The position numbers were made by a program, and so were the translations under genes. A DNA stretch of 64,000 nucleotides from an uncultured Candidatus Saccharibacteria bacterium (GTDB taxonomy: Bacteria; Patescibacteriota; Saccharimonadia; Saccharimonadales; JACQNP01), in assembly GCA_964590725.1 (NCBI GenBank), contig CAZPWF010000003.1:1649-65648 (forward strand), written 5' to 3'. The notes below the pieces were generated by a model, which saw only the letters and a program-made list of their open reading frames with translations, did not search any database and was not told the origin of the DNA. Positions 10,120 to 19,308 of the stretch are shown one piece after another (position 1 is the first letter of the stretch; each line of letters begins with the position of its first letter).

Positions 10120-13100
10120 ATGATTGCTGATAAAAAGCTAATCATTGTGCGACGTAAGTGTCACACTCATAACAGTGTCCGTAACCTCAAAAGCTTGGGG
10201 ATGGGGATTTTTTTGGTTTTGGTCGCCGTTGCTGTGTTTTCTTATACGCGCGTGGGTATGTACACACGTACGTACACGCGCGATGCTCATGCGGCTACTA
10301 GCAGCACACTTAACTTTCAAACTCGTTTGTTGACTTCTAGTGGCGGATTGGTGGCGGATGGCAGCTACAGCATTGCGTTTAACCTCTACAACGTATCTGG
10401 CGGTGGTACTACTCAGTGGACTGAAACTCAGGCTGTCACTACCAAGAATGGTTACGCTAGCGTATATCTGGGGAACGTTACTCCTTTCCCGGGAACGATA
10501 GACTGGAGTCAAGAACAGTGGCTGACCATGAACGTGAACGGTGATGGCGAAATGACGCCACGGATTAAACTCACTGCGGTGCCATTTGCATTTGCAGCCG
10601 AGTCGTTGATTAAAACTAACGGGGCAAGCAAAGCTGTACTTAGCTGGCTAACGCCTACGTCTAACCGCACTATTAACTTACCTGACGCTTCAGGAACAGT
10701 CGCATTATCATCTGGGGGGACATTTACTAACAACGGAGTGATTTACGGCAATGGTACAAGCGTATTGCAGAGCACGGCCGCAGGCCTAACAGGGCAGTGT
10801 TTTGTTGCGACTACTGGCGCAGCGCCATCATGGGGGTCTTGTTCTAGTGGAATAACATTACAGGATGTTTATGATAATTCAACAGGTGGAATAACTACTG
10901 TTACGGCAGCGGATGGCGCATTTCGTGTGCGAGATAACTCGACAACATTTGGTAATTCCAATATTTTCTCAGTTCAAAACAATGCGGGTACTGTTGACTA
11001 TATCGCTGTCCAGGGAGACGGTGATTTTGCGGTTGATACAAATACTTTGTTCGTAGACGCTACGACAAATAACGTAGGTGTCGGCAATGTCGATCCTGAC
11101 GCACAGCTGACTATTGCATCTTCAAATACAACTTCAAATCAGATTAATTTGCGCAGTCAGAGAGCAGCGATCATCAACGATAGCGTGCTTGGAGGCATTC
11201 AGTTTAGCTCTAACGATACTACTAACGCAGCGCCAGGTATTGCGACAGTCGATGTTCGAGGTATTGCAACAGCAACTCATACGGCGACAGTTTTGGATAG
11301 TGCTTTGGTCGTAAGGACAACAAACGGGACTGTTCTTTCAGAAGTTGCCAGATTTACAGCTAATAGTCGACTAGGTATTGGCACTATAGCGCCAACAGGT
11401 ACTCTTGGGGTAACCACTGCTACACCTACAAGCGTTGCCGTTGCAACCGGTACAGCACAAATACCGGTCGCGGTATTTACTGGTGGAATTGGAGGTACAA
11501 CAACTATTGCAACAACCGGAACGGGTGGCGCAGGTGGCGCATTTAACGTAACGGGTGGCGCCGGTGGCGTTGTATCAACGGCACTTACGTTATCTACTGG
11601 TGGCGCGGGTGGTGCATTGAATCTTAATGGTGGCGCGGGTGGTGCAGCGGCGGTTGCAGGGACAGGTAACAATACTGGTGGCGCCGGTGGTGCATTTGTA
11701 TGGCAGGCGGGGACGGGTGGACTTGCGAACGGAGCAACCAGCGGTAACAATACTGGTGGCGGCGGCGGTGGTATCACACTTCAAGCGGGCACGGGTGGCG
11801 CAGCAAATACTGGAACTGGTAACTTGATTGGCGGTGCCGGTGGTACTTTGGTACTCCGCGGTGGAACTGGCGGTTTGGGTACTACAAGTGGCGGTAATGG
11901 AGGTGCTGTTAGTTTACAGGGCGGTACTGCAGCGGCCATGGCTGGTTCTACTGGTGGCGCAGTAACAGTTTCTGGTACGGCCGGTTCAGCCACTGGGTCG
12001 GGCGGCAACGGCGGTGCATTAACTTTGGCAGCTGGTTCAGCCGGCGGCGATAACACAGTTAGCCGAACAGGGGGTGCTATTTCAATAACCGCAGGAAGCT
12101 CAAAAGGAGCAAGTGCTGGTGGCGCCATTAGTGTAACGGCAGGAACCGGTGGCAATAACTTGACGGTCGGCACTGCAACTGGTGGTGCATCGGGTGGAAT
12201 TACCATAAACGGCGGTAATGGTGGGATAGCTCCAAATGCTGATGTTCAGTCTACGGGTGGCGCAGCTACTGGTATCACATTTACCGCAGGAACTGGAGGC
12301 GCAGCATCTGTGGCCGGAACAGGCAATAATATTGGTGGCGTTGGTGGTACGTCTACATTTACTGGAGGAAACGGCGGTGCTGCTAACGGAGTAACTAGTG
12401 GTAATAACACTGGCGGCAATGGTGGCGGTTTTACACTGCAAGGTGGTACTGGTGGCGCCGCAACTCTAGGCTCTGGAAACTTGGTTGGCGGAACTGGTGG
12501 CGCTTTGCAATTAATTGGAGGAACTGGCGGTGTTGGTACTACTGGTGGTAATGGCGGCACCGTCACTATTCAGGGTGGCGCAGCAGCAGCAATTGCTGGA
12601 GCGGCCGGTGGCGCAACAAGTATAAGCGGCACTCAGGGGTCTAATACAGGATCAGGCGGGGCCGGTGGCGCTTTAACCCTCAGTGCCGGAGCTGCGCGTG
12701 GTGATAATACTGTTGCTCGAGCAGGAGGAAATCTAACTCTGGCTGCAGGTAACTCAATAGGTGGCGCGGTTGGAGGAGTTATATCGTTCACCGGAGGTAA
12801 CGGCGGTAATAACTTGACGGTCGGCACTGCAACTGGTGGCGCTTCTGGAGGAGTGACAATTAGCGGCGGTAATGGTGGAACTGCACCCAATGCCACTGTT
12901 CAGTCTACGGGTGGAGCGGCTGGAGGGTTTACTATTAATGCTGGCACAGGTGGTGCAGCTTCTGTCGCTGGAACAGGCAATAATATTGGTGGCGCGGGTG
13001 GAGCATTTGCCTGGACTGCCGGCACGGGTGGTACGGCAAATGGCGCAACAAGTGGGGCAAACACTGGTGGCGCCGGTGGCGCGATCACATTGCGATCAGG

Positions 13101-16100
13101 GACTGGCGGAAATGCTACTACGGGTACGGGTTCTTTGCAGGGTGGTGTAGGAGGAGGTTTGACTTTGCAAGCTGGTTCTGGCGGAACGGGTACAACCTTA
13201 GCAGGTGCTGGAGGGGCTTTGACACTGAACGGCGGTCTTGCTGGTGCTGCATCGGCAGTTGGTGGTGATATTGTTGTACAGACAGCACAAAACACGGCCT
13301 TTACTGAGCGCATGCGAGTTACGAATACTGGTTACGTCGGTATTGGTACCGGCACTACAACATCACTGCCTAACGCTAGATTAACTGTGGCAGCTGAGAA
13401 TACGACAACATCTCAAGTCAAGCTGCGCAGTACGCGCTCTGCAATCGTGGCTAGTGACATACTCGGTGGTATAGATTTTGACACTAACGATACCAACCTT
13501 ACTGCTCCGGGGGCAACCAGTGCGCGTATTCAAGCAGTTGCTACCGCTATACATACAGCCGCAGTTAACGACACTGCTTTAGTATTCTCGACTAGCTCAG
13601 GAGTTACGCTTGCAGAAAGATGGCGAATAAATTCTACGGGTGAACTTCAAGGAAACGGCGCTAGTACAATTCGAGCTAATGCTGGCAACTTAACCATCAG
13701 CACAGTAACTTCAGGCAACATAATAATAAACGGAGCGGGAACGCTTGAAGTGCAAGACAGTATAAACATTACTGGCACCCAGTTAACAAATAGCGCTTCT
13801 ACTGTAAACGCAGTATCAGCTCTCACTAACTTTGCTGCTGATGGTCCAATTGGAACAGCAGCTGCAACTGTTGATATAAGAACTGGGTTTACGATTAATC
13901 AAACCACCGCCGGCAGAACACTTACAATTCCTGCCCCTACAGTTACTACTGCGGGAAGGATAGTATATATAAGTAACATTGGCTCAACTAGTTTCATAAT
14001 GCATGGTGTGACAGTTAGCGCTGGAGCAAACCAGTCATATATATATAACGGCACAGCTTGGGCGCCATCAAACGTGGCTGCTGCTGGTGCTGGCGTAAAT
14101 ACTGTTGGAGCAATAGATTCACAGACAAAATCGGCTGACGGCGCAGTTATAAGTGGTAACACTATATATTTACAGACTGCTGACGCAACAAGTCCAGGAC
14201 TTATATCGGCCGGGGTTCAAACTATTGCCGGTGCTAAAACGTTAACGGGCGTAACAACTCTTAGTTCGGTAGGAACAGCATTATCGGTTAACAATGATGT
14301 GAGTGTTGGTGGTCAGTTGAGCACAGGTACGCTTAATGTTAGCGGTCTATCTACTTTGGCTAGTTTGAGTTTGAGCGGTTCGATATCTGGCGGCACCTCA
14401 TACTCCGGATCGGGTAATATAAATACAACCGCAGGAGCAGTCCAAACCAATAGCATAACCAGAATTGATAACACAGGAAATTTGAGTAATATTGGTACTA
14501 TTTCACTGTCTGGCGCTATATCCGGTGGTACAACTTATTCGGGGTCTGGCAATATTAACTCTACTGGAGGCAGTCTGCAGACCAACAGTATAACGAGGCT
14601 AGATAATACTGGTAATCTGACTAACATTGGGAATATTACGGGTACGAGCGCTTTGGCATTATCATCTGGCGGTATAGGTATTTTAGGATTAAAGACGTCG
14701 GATCAGTCAGCGGCAAGCACTAATTCTGCTGACGTATCGATTACGTCTGGTAACGCTGGTGGGGCAACAAGTAATTCAGGTAATGTTGTGATCGATGCAG
14801 GTACAGCAACTGGTACAACTGGCCTTGTGAATCTGGGGACTACGAATGCAAGCGGAGTTAATATTGGAAAAACCGGTGCAAACACAACTATTAACGGCCT
14901 GGCTGTCATTAGCGGAAATTTGATCGCTTCTGGATCAGCAACTGGTACGACTGCAACAGCAACCGCCAGCCCGGGCACCAACACCACTACAATTAATCTA
15001 ATTGGCGCAGCTTTTGCAAATGATGATGTGATCTTTATAAATAATGCAGGACAAGATTATTACGCCAGGATTGTATCGGGTGGTGGTACGGCAACGTTGA
15101 CTGTTTCTCCGGCTGTAAATTATGACGCAAGCGCCGCGATAGAGAAATATAATGTTCAAAATGTCGGGGCTACGAGTACGGATTATAGTACCCAAGCAAA
15201 TCGTTTCTTCCAAGGATTCTTCCTGGGTGGCGTGGTTACGGGTGCGGGTAGCACAACATTGAGCGATGGAAATTTAAACAGCACCGGAAGTTTGACATTG
15301 CAACGAGGTGGTGGCGCCGTTTCAGTAGGTGGCAATATTGATGTAACAGGTACTATAAGTGGTAATGGGTCTGGAATTACAAACGTTAGCGGGTCGGCGA
15401 TCACAGGTACTATAAGTGGTCTTACTAGCTTGACTCTCTCTGGCGCTATCTCTGGCGGAACAACCTTCACTGGCTCTGGCGACATCAATACAACTGGTGG
15501 AGTAATTCAGACAAACAGCACAACTCGCATAGATAACTCTGGTAACCTACTCAATATTGGCGCATTGACACTAAGTGGCGCCATTTCTGGCGGCACCACT
15601 ATCACAGGAACTACTCTTAACGGTACAATCGGCATCAACACAGGTGCTGGCGCTGGTACGCAGCGTATTGATGCAACAGGAAACTTACTGAACATCGCTG
15701 GACTTACTCTCTCTGGCGCTATCTCTGGCGGAACAACCTTCACTGGCTCTGGCGACATCAATACAACTGGTGGAGTAATTCAGACAAACAGCACAACTCG
15801 CATAGATAACTCTGGTAACCTGAGCAACATCGGTACACTTACACTAAGTGGCGCTATATCCGGCGGGACTAGCTTTACCGGATCAGGAAACGTAAACACC
15901 ACAGCTGGTGTGATTCAGACAAACAGCACAACTCGCATCGACAATAGCGGCAATCTAACTAACATAGGTAATATTAGTGGCACCGGAGCCTTGACTCTTA
16001 CATCTGGCGGTGTTGGCGATCTGACACTAGATTCAGCTAGCAATACACTATTGTTAGCGGCGAACGATACAACACTTCAACGCATTGCAGCTGGAACGTA

Positions 16101-17619
16101 TACTATTGACCTGAAAGACACTGCAACCACAGCACTAACTTTGACAAACAGTGGTGCAGGTATAGCTGATCTGAACATAGGCGAGGGTGCGCTACAAACT
16201 AACGGAACGTCTAGGCTTACTAACACGGGCGCTCTACAAAACATTACTAGCTTGACTCTCTCTGGCGCTATCTCTGGCGGAACAACCTTCACTGGCTCTG
16301 GCGACATCAATACAACTGGTGGAGTAATTCAGACAAACAGCACAACTCGCATCGACAATAGCGGCAATCTAACTAACATAGGTAATATTAGTGGCACCGG
16401 AGCCTTGACTCTTACATCTGGCGGTGTCGGAACCTTGACATTGAACACGGATGCTCAATCATCAGCAGCGACATCATCAGCTGGTATCACTCTTAAATCA
16501 GGTGACGCATCTGGAACTGGGGCGAGCAACTCTGGTGATGTGACAATTGATAGTGGCGCATCAACTAACGGTACAACAGGATTAATCCAAATCGGTACGG
16601 CAAATGCTAGCGGACTAACCTTGAGTCGCAGTGGCATTATAACTACAGTCGGAGGAACATTAGTAATTAATGGTTCAAACGCAAGTATCGGAACAAGCGG
16701 CTTGGCAGGAACTCTAACTCTGTCTGACGGTTCGAGTAACACGGGTATATTCCAGACGACCGCACTCGGCTCAAACCGCACTTACACATTGCCGGACGAA
16801 AATGGTACAGTTTGTGTTCAGGATTCACTTAATTGTGGATTTATCAAATTTGCTGAAGCTAGCGCACAGGTTGATAGTGGAACAGATACATCCCTCTTTA
16901 TTAATAAAACGGGCGCTAGCGGCAATATATTAACCTTACAAAAAAATGGTTCTGGGGTATTCACAGTTGCCAATGGAGGCGCTACACAGATAAGCACCGA
17001 TTCAACTACAGCTATGCAAATACGTAACGCTGCTGGTACGAGCAACTTCTTTACGGTTGATACGTCAGGTGCAATTGTACAAATTGGATCATCTACTGGC
17101 GATGCTACGGGTGTGTTGTTTGTGCTTGATAGTAAGACCGGCGCTGACCCTGTAACTGGTGTAGTTAACGGTGCTCAGTACTACAACAGTACAAATAATC
17201 GATTTAGATGCTACGAGAATGGCGCTTGGAGGGATTGTGTAAGCTTGCGAGAGGATCTGGTGGCTCATTGGAACGCATCATCAACCAAGACAAATATCGG
17301 CACAGCCTTTGTCGATATATTTACTCAAGCTAACTCTGACGGTAAATCGGTTCAGATTGACACCAATGACAAGACTCAACTTAGATTGGTTGTAAACTGG
17401 AATAAAATTGGAGGCGGTACGCAAACGGTTCAAATCTTAGAAGTTGGGACCGCTAACGTACTAGCAACTATTAATGTTGTATCAGGTAGGAATGACACCG
17501 GAGTGATTAATATCCCAGCCTTTGCTGCCAACTCGGTAAAATACTATAAATTACAAGCTAAGAGTACAACCGCCAACGACGATCCTGTGTTTGAAAGTGC
17601 AAGTATTACACTTAAATAA
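10120..17619 (+). CDS. giant (2499 aa) secreted/anchored fibre protein: N-terminal beta domain, Gly-rich solenoid-like super-repeat, ~45-aa tandem repeats, C-terminal beta domain
   Basis: Uninterrupted 7.5-kb ORF with aagg 6 nt upstream of the ATG. An N-terminal hydrophobic segment (GIFLVLVAVAVFSYT) is followed by AHA. The N-domain LNFQTRLLTSSGGLVADGSYSIAFNLYN...QWTETQ...VPFAFAAESL resembles the N-termini of many uncharacterised tail-fibre-like surface proteins. ERMRVTNTGYVGIGT and ERWRINSTGEL are phage tail-fibre-like strings. The GGxGG-rich region spans 11470-13290. Repeats of the type LTLSGAISGGTTFTGSGDINTTGGVIQTNSTTRIDNSGNL span 14340-16430. The C-proximal motif is QYYNSTNNRFRCYENGAWRDC. 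Confidence 0.85.
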   Translation: MIADKKLIIVRRKCHTHNSVRNLKSLGMGIFLVLVAVAVFSYTRVGMYTRTYTRDAHAATSSTLNFQTRLLTSSGGLVADGSYSIAFNLYNVSGGGTTQWTETQAVTTKNGYASVYLGNVTPFPGTIDWSQEQWLTMNVNGDGEMTPRIKLTAVPFAFAAESLIKTNGASKAVLSWLTPTSNRTINLPDASGTVALSSGGTFTNNGVIYGNGTSVLQSTAAGLTGQCFVATTGAAPSWGSCSSGITLQDVYDNSTGGITTVTAADGAFRVRDNSTTFGNSNIFSVQNNAGTVDYIAVQGDGDFAVDTNTLFVDATTNNVGVGNVDPDAQLTIASSNTTSNQINLRSQRAAIINDSVLGGIQFSSNDTTNAAPGIATVDVRGIATATHTATVLDSALVVRTTNGTVLSEVARFTANSRLGIGTIAPTGTLGVTTATPTSVAVATGTAQIPVAVFTGGIGGTTTIATTGTGGAGGAFNVTGGAGGVVSTALTLSTGGAGGALNLNGGAGGAAAVAGTGNNTGGAGGAFVWQAGTGGLANGATSGNNTGGGGGGITLQAGTGGAANTGTGNLIGGAGGTLVLRGGTGGLGTTSGGNGGAVSLQGGTAAAMAGSTGGAVTVSGTAGSATGSGGNGGALTLAAGSAGGDNTVSRTGGAISITAGSSKGASAGGAISVTAGTGGNNLTVGTATGGASGGITINGGNGGIAPNADVQSTGGAATGITFTAGTGGAASVAGTGNNIGGVGGTSTFTGGNGGAANGVTSGNNTGGNGGGFTLQGGTGGAATLGSGNLVGGTGGALQLIGGTGGVGTTGGNGGTVTIQGGAAAAIAGAAGGATSISGTQGSNTGSGGAGGALTLSAGAARGDNTVARAGGNLTLAAGNSIGGAVGGVISFTGGNGGNNLTVGTATGGASGGVTISGGNGGTAPNATVQSTGGAAGGFTINAGTGGAASVAGTGNNIGGAGGAFAWTAGTGGTANGATSGANTGGAGGAITLRSGTGGNATTGTGSLQGGVGGGLTLQAGSGGTGTTLAGAGGALTLNGGLAGAASAVGGDIVVQTAQNTAFTERMRVTNTGYVGIGTGTTTSLPNARLTVAAENTTTSQVKLRSTRSAIVASDILGGIDFDTNDTNLTAPGATSARIQAVATAIHTAAVNDTALVFSTSSGVTLAERWRINSTGELQGNGASTIRANAGNLTISTVTSGNIIINGAGTLEVQDSINITGTQLTNSASTVNAVSALTNFAADGPIGTAAATVDIRTGFTINQTTAGRTLTIPAPTVTTAGRIVYISNIGSTSFIMHGVTVSAGANQSYIYNGTAWAPSNVAAAGAGVNTVGAIDSQTKSADGAVISGNTIYLQTADATSPGLISAGVQTIAGAKTLTGVTTLSSVGTALSVNNDVSVGGQLSTGTLNVSGLSTLASLSLSGSISGGTSYSGSGNINTTAGAVQTNSITRIDNTGNLSNIGTISLSGAISGGTTYSGSGNINSTGGSLQTNSITRLDNTGNLTNIGNITGTSALALSSGGIGILGLKTSDQSAASTNSADVSITSGNAGGATSNSGNVVIDAGTATGTTGLVNLGTTNASGVNIGKTGANTTINGLAVISGNLIASGSATGTTATATASPGTNTTTINLIGAAFANDDVIFINNAGQDYYARIVSGGGTATLTVSPAVNYDASAAIEKYNVQNVGATSTDYSTQANRFFQGFFLGGVVTGAGSTTLSDGNLNSTGSLTLQRGGGAVSVGGNIDVTGTISGNGSGITNVSGSAITGTISGLTSLTLSGAISGGTTFTGSGDINTTGGVIQTNSTTRIDNSGNLLNIGALTLSGAISGGTTITGTTLNGTIGINTGAGAGTQRIDATGNLLNIAGLTLSGAISGGTTFTGSGDINTTGGVIQTNSTTRIDNSGNLSNIGTLTLSGAISGGTSFTGSGNVNTTAGVIQTNSTTRIDNSGNLTNIGNISGTGALTLTSGGVGDLTLDSASNTLLLAANDTTLQRIAAGTYTIDLKDTATTALTLTNSGAGIADLNIGEGALQTNGTSRLTNTGALQNITSLTLSGAISGGTTFTGSGDINTTGGVIQTNSTTRIDNSGNLTNIGNISGTGALTLTSGGVGTLTLNTDAQSSAATSSAGITLKSGDASGTGASNSGDVTIDSGASTNGTTGLIQIGTANASGLTLSRSGIITTVGGTLVINGSNASIGTSGLAGTLTLSDGSSNTGIFQTTALGSNRTYTLPDENGTVCVQDSLNCGFIKFAEASAQVDSGTDTSLFINKTGASGNILTLQKNGSGVFTVANGGATQISTDSTTAMQIRNAAGTSNFFTVDTSGAIVQIGSSTGDATGVLFVLDSKTGADPVTGVVNGAQYYNSTNNRFRCYENGAWRDCVSLREDLVAHWNASSTKTNIGTAFVDIFTQANSDGKSVQIDTNDKTQLRLVVNWNKIGGGTQTVQILEVGTANVLATINVVSGRNDTGVINIPAFAANSVKYYKLQAKSTTANDDPVFESASITLK
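11470..13290 (+). repeat. intragenic Gly-rich super-repeat, period 654-657 nt (218-219 aa), about 2.7 copies
   Basis: The ..(A/S)VAGTGNN(T/I)GG(A/V)GG.. anchor recurs at 11656, 12313 and 12967. An identical 32-nt block (aataacttgacggtcggcactgcaactggtgg) occurs at 12154-12185 and 12808-12839. Each unit is built of ~18-20-aa GGxGGxhxhxxG turns. Confidence 0.85.
14340..16430 (+). repeat. intragenic ~45-aa tandem/dispersed repeats, including 100% identical DNA copies
   Basis: At least 7 units of L(S/T)LSGAISGGT(S/T)(F/Y)(S/T)GSG(D/N)(I/V)N(T/S)T(G/A)G(V/A/S)(I/V/L)QTNS(T/I)TR(I/L)DN(S/T)GNL. Exact DNA identities by hand alignment:
- 15433-15548 = 15706-15821 (116 nt)
- 15422-15530 = 16244-16352 (109 nt)
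- 15913-16013 = 16327-16427 (101 nt). Confidence 0.9.
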
Positions 17620-17689
17620 ACTCTGGTCACCCCTTTATTATTACTTCTGTACATGGTAACCTAAAGGGGAAAAAGTAGGGACGTGTAAG

Positions 17690-18448
17690 GTGACAAAAAA
17701 AATCGCAATACTCAATCAAAAGGGTGGGGTTGGTAAAACTACCACAGCTATTAATCTTGGCGCATATTTGGCTAAGGCGGGCAAGACAGTGCTGATTGTC
17801 GATTTTGATCCTCAAGGTAATGCCACTAGCGGGCTCGGCATTGATAAGAACGAGACTGATGTTACGGTGTACGAAGTTGTATTGGGTTCGGTTACTCCAG
17901 ACAAGGCGATTGTAGAATCAAGTGTGGCTGGACTGAATGTCATGGTAGCAAACGCGAACCTTGCAGCAGCTGAGTTAGAACTTGCAGATAGTGAAAACCG
18001 AGAGACGGCTTTAAAACAAGCGCTCAGTGGCCTAGATTATGACTATATATTAATTGATTGCCCGCCAGCTCTGGGGCTTTTAACGGTCAACGCACTAACT
18101 GCAGCACACTGGTTACTTGTTCCTGTACAGGCAGAATATTATGCGCTGGAGGGTTTGAGTCAATTATTGAGTGTAATGCAAAAAGTTAAACAAGGCCTGA
18201 ACACACAATTAGAACTATTGGGTGTCGTGGTGACAATGTTTGACGGTCGCAATAGCTTGGCAGATCAGGTGTATAAAGAACTACAGAAATATTTTGGCGA
18301 TAAAGTGTTTGATTCGGTTGTTCCACGCAATGTTCGCCTGGCTGAAGCGCCAAGTCACGGTGTGCCGATCGTAGAACATGACAAGTGGTCTAAAGGGGCA
18401 AGGGCATACAAGCAGCTAGCCAAGGAGGTAGAAAAACGTGTCGGCTAA
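17690..18448 (+). CDS. parA: chromosome partitioning ATPase ParA/Soj
   Basis: GTG start preceded by gtaagg. Deviant Walker A (AILNQKGGVGKTTT) and DFDPQGNAT. The 252-aa length is typical, and the gene overlaps parB by 11 nt. Confidence 0.92.
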   Translation: MTKKIAILNQKGGVGKTTTAINLGAYLAKAGKTVLIVDFDPQGNATSGLGIDKNETDVTVYEVVLGSVTPDKAIVESSVAGLNVMVANANLAAAELELADSENRETALKQALSGLDYDYILIDCPPALGLLTVNALTAAHWLLVPVQAEYYALEGLSQLLSVMQKVKQGLNTQLELLGVVVTMFDGRNSLADQVYKELQKYFGDKVFDSVVPRNVRLAEAPSHGVPIVEHDKWSKGARAYKQLAKEVEKRVG

Positions 18449-19301
18449 ATCAAAATCTGGACTAGGCAAGGGTATAGAAGCGTTAATATCATCTGACTTT
18501 GACAAGACAATACTAGATGACGGTAAAGACCGAATACAAAAATTGTTCATTAGCCAAATAACACCTATGGAAGATCAACCAAGGCAGCATTTTGATGATG
18601 TGGCGCTACTAGAATTAGCTAGTTCGATTAAACGATTCGGTATATTGCAGCCACTTATTGTGACTAGTATTGATAATGATAATTTTGCTCTCATTGCTGG
18701 CGAACGTCGATGGCGGGCTGCTAAGCTCGCCGGGTTAAAGCAAGTTCCGGCAATAGTACGTGATCAAAAGGATCAGGAAAAGCTAGAAATTGCTTTAATC
18801 GAAAACGTGCAGCGTGTAGATTTATCGCCTTTGGAGCAAGCGATTTCAATCGAGCGATTAAAGAGTGAGTTTAATATGAGTTATGCAGATATTGCCACAA
18901 GACTTGGCAAGGCTCATACGACGGTGCATAACATCGTTAGGCTTTTGCAATTACCTGATGCCGCCAAGCAGGCACTTCAAAAAAGGCAGATTAGCGAGGG
19001 TCACGCTCGTGCAATTTTGTCTCTGAAAGGGGATGAAGTAAAACAACAAGCGTTATTGGATCACATAATAAAACAGGGTTGGTCTGTTCGTCAGGCTGAA
19101 CAGTTTGTAACAAGCGCCAAGCAGGGAGCTAAAACGGAAAAACAAGTCAGCGAGCGTATGGCAACAGAAACGCCAGCTACTAAGACTCTGAGCGCAAAAC
19201 TTCACACCAAGGTTACGGTAAAGCATACTGCGCGTGGCGGTCGTCTAGAGATTCACTTTAAAAACGAAGAACAGCTAGGCGATATTCTTAAGAATTTATA
19301 G
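18438..19301 (+). CDS. parB: chromosome partitioning protein ParB/Spo0J
   Basis: GLGKGIEALI N-terminus, ParB box (LIAGERRWRAAKLAGL) and an HTH region (ADIATRLGKAHTTVHNIVRLLQLP). Confidence 0.92.
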   Translation: MSAKSKSGLGKGIEALISSDFDKTILDDGKDRIQKLFISQITPMEDQPRQHFDDVALLELASSIKRFGILQPLIVTSIDNDNFALIAGERRWRAAKLAGLKQVPAIVRDQKDQEKLEIALIENVQRVDLSPLEQAISIERLKSEFNMSYADIATRLGKAHTTVHNIVRLLQLPDAAKQALQKRQISEGHARAILSLKGDEVKQQALLDHIIKQGWSVRQAEQFVTSAKQGAKTEKQVSERMATETPATKTLSAKLHTKVTVKHTARGGRLEIHFKNEEQLGDILKNL

Positions 19302-19308
19302 ATGGCGA

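Noticed and set aside
11277-13313. A series of long minus-strand ORFs encoding Pro-rich peptides (e.g. 11277-11777, 11781-12206, 12246-12566, 12633-12896, 12900-13313), plus same-strand off-frame ORFs.
   Set aside because: They are the mirror image of GGN-rich codons (NCC = Pro/Ala/Thr on the reverse strand) inside the uninterrupted 7.5-kb plus-strand gene. They have no independent start or Shine-Dalgarno context, so they are a compositional artefact.
14703-17045. Further antisense ORFs within the giant gene (e.g. three that all start MMSPEPVKVVPPEIAPERV at 15488, 15761 and 16310).
   Set aside because: Their identical N-termini simply reflect the reverse complement of the exact sense-strand repeats. 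There is no evidence of separate genes.
17690-19301. I looked for a canonical parS (tGTTTCACGTGAAACa) in and around parAB.
   Set aside because: I saw no 16-mer close to the consensus. The few CACGTG- or ACGTG-containing sites (e.g. 61545-61550) lack palindromic flanks. I cannot exclude a diverged parS.
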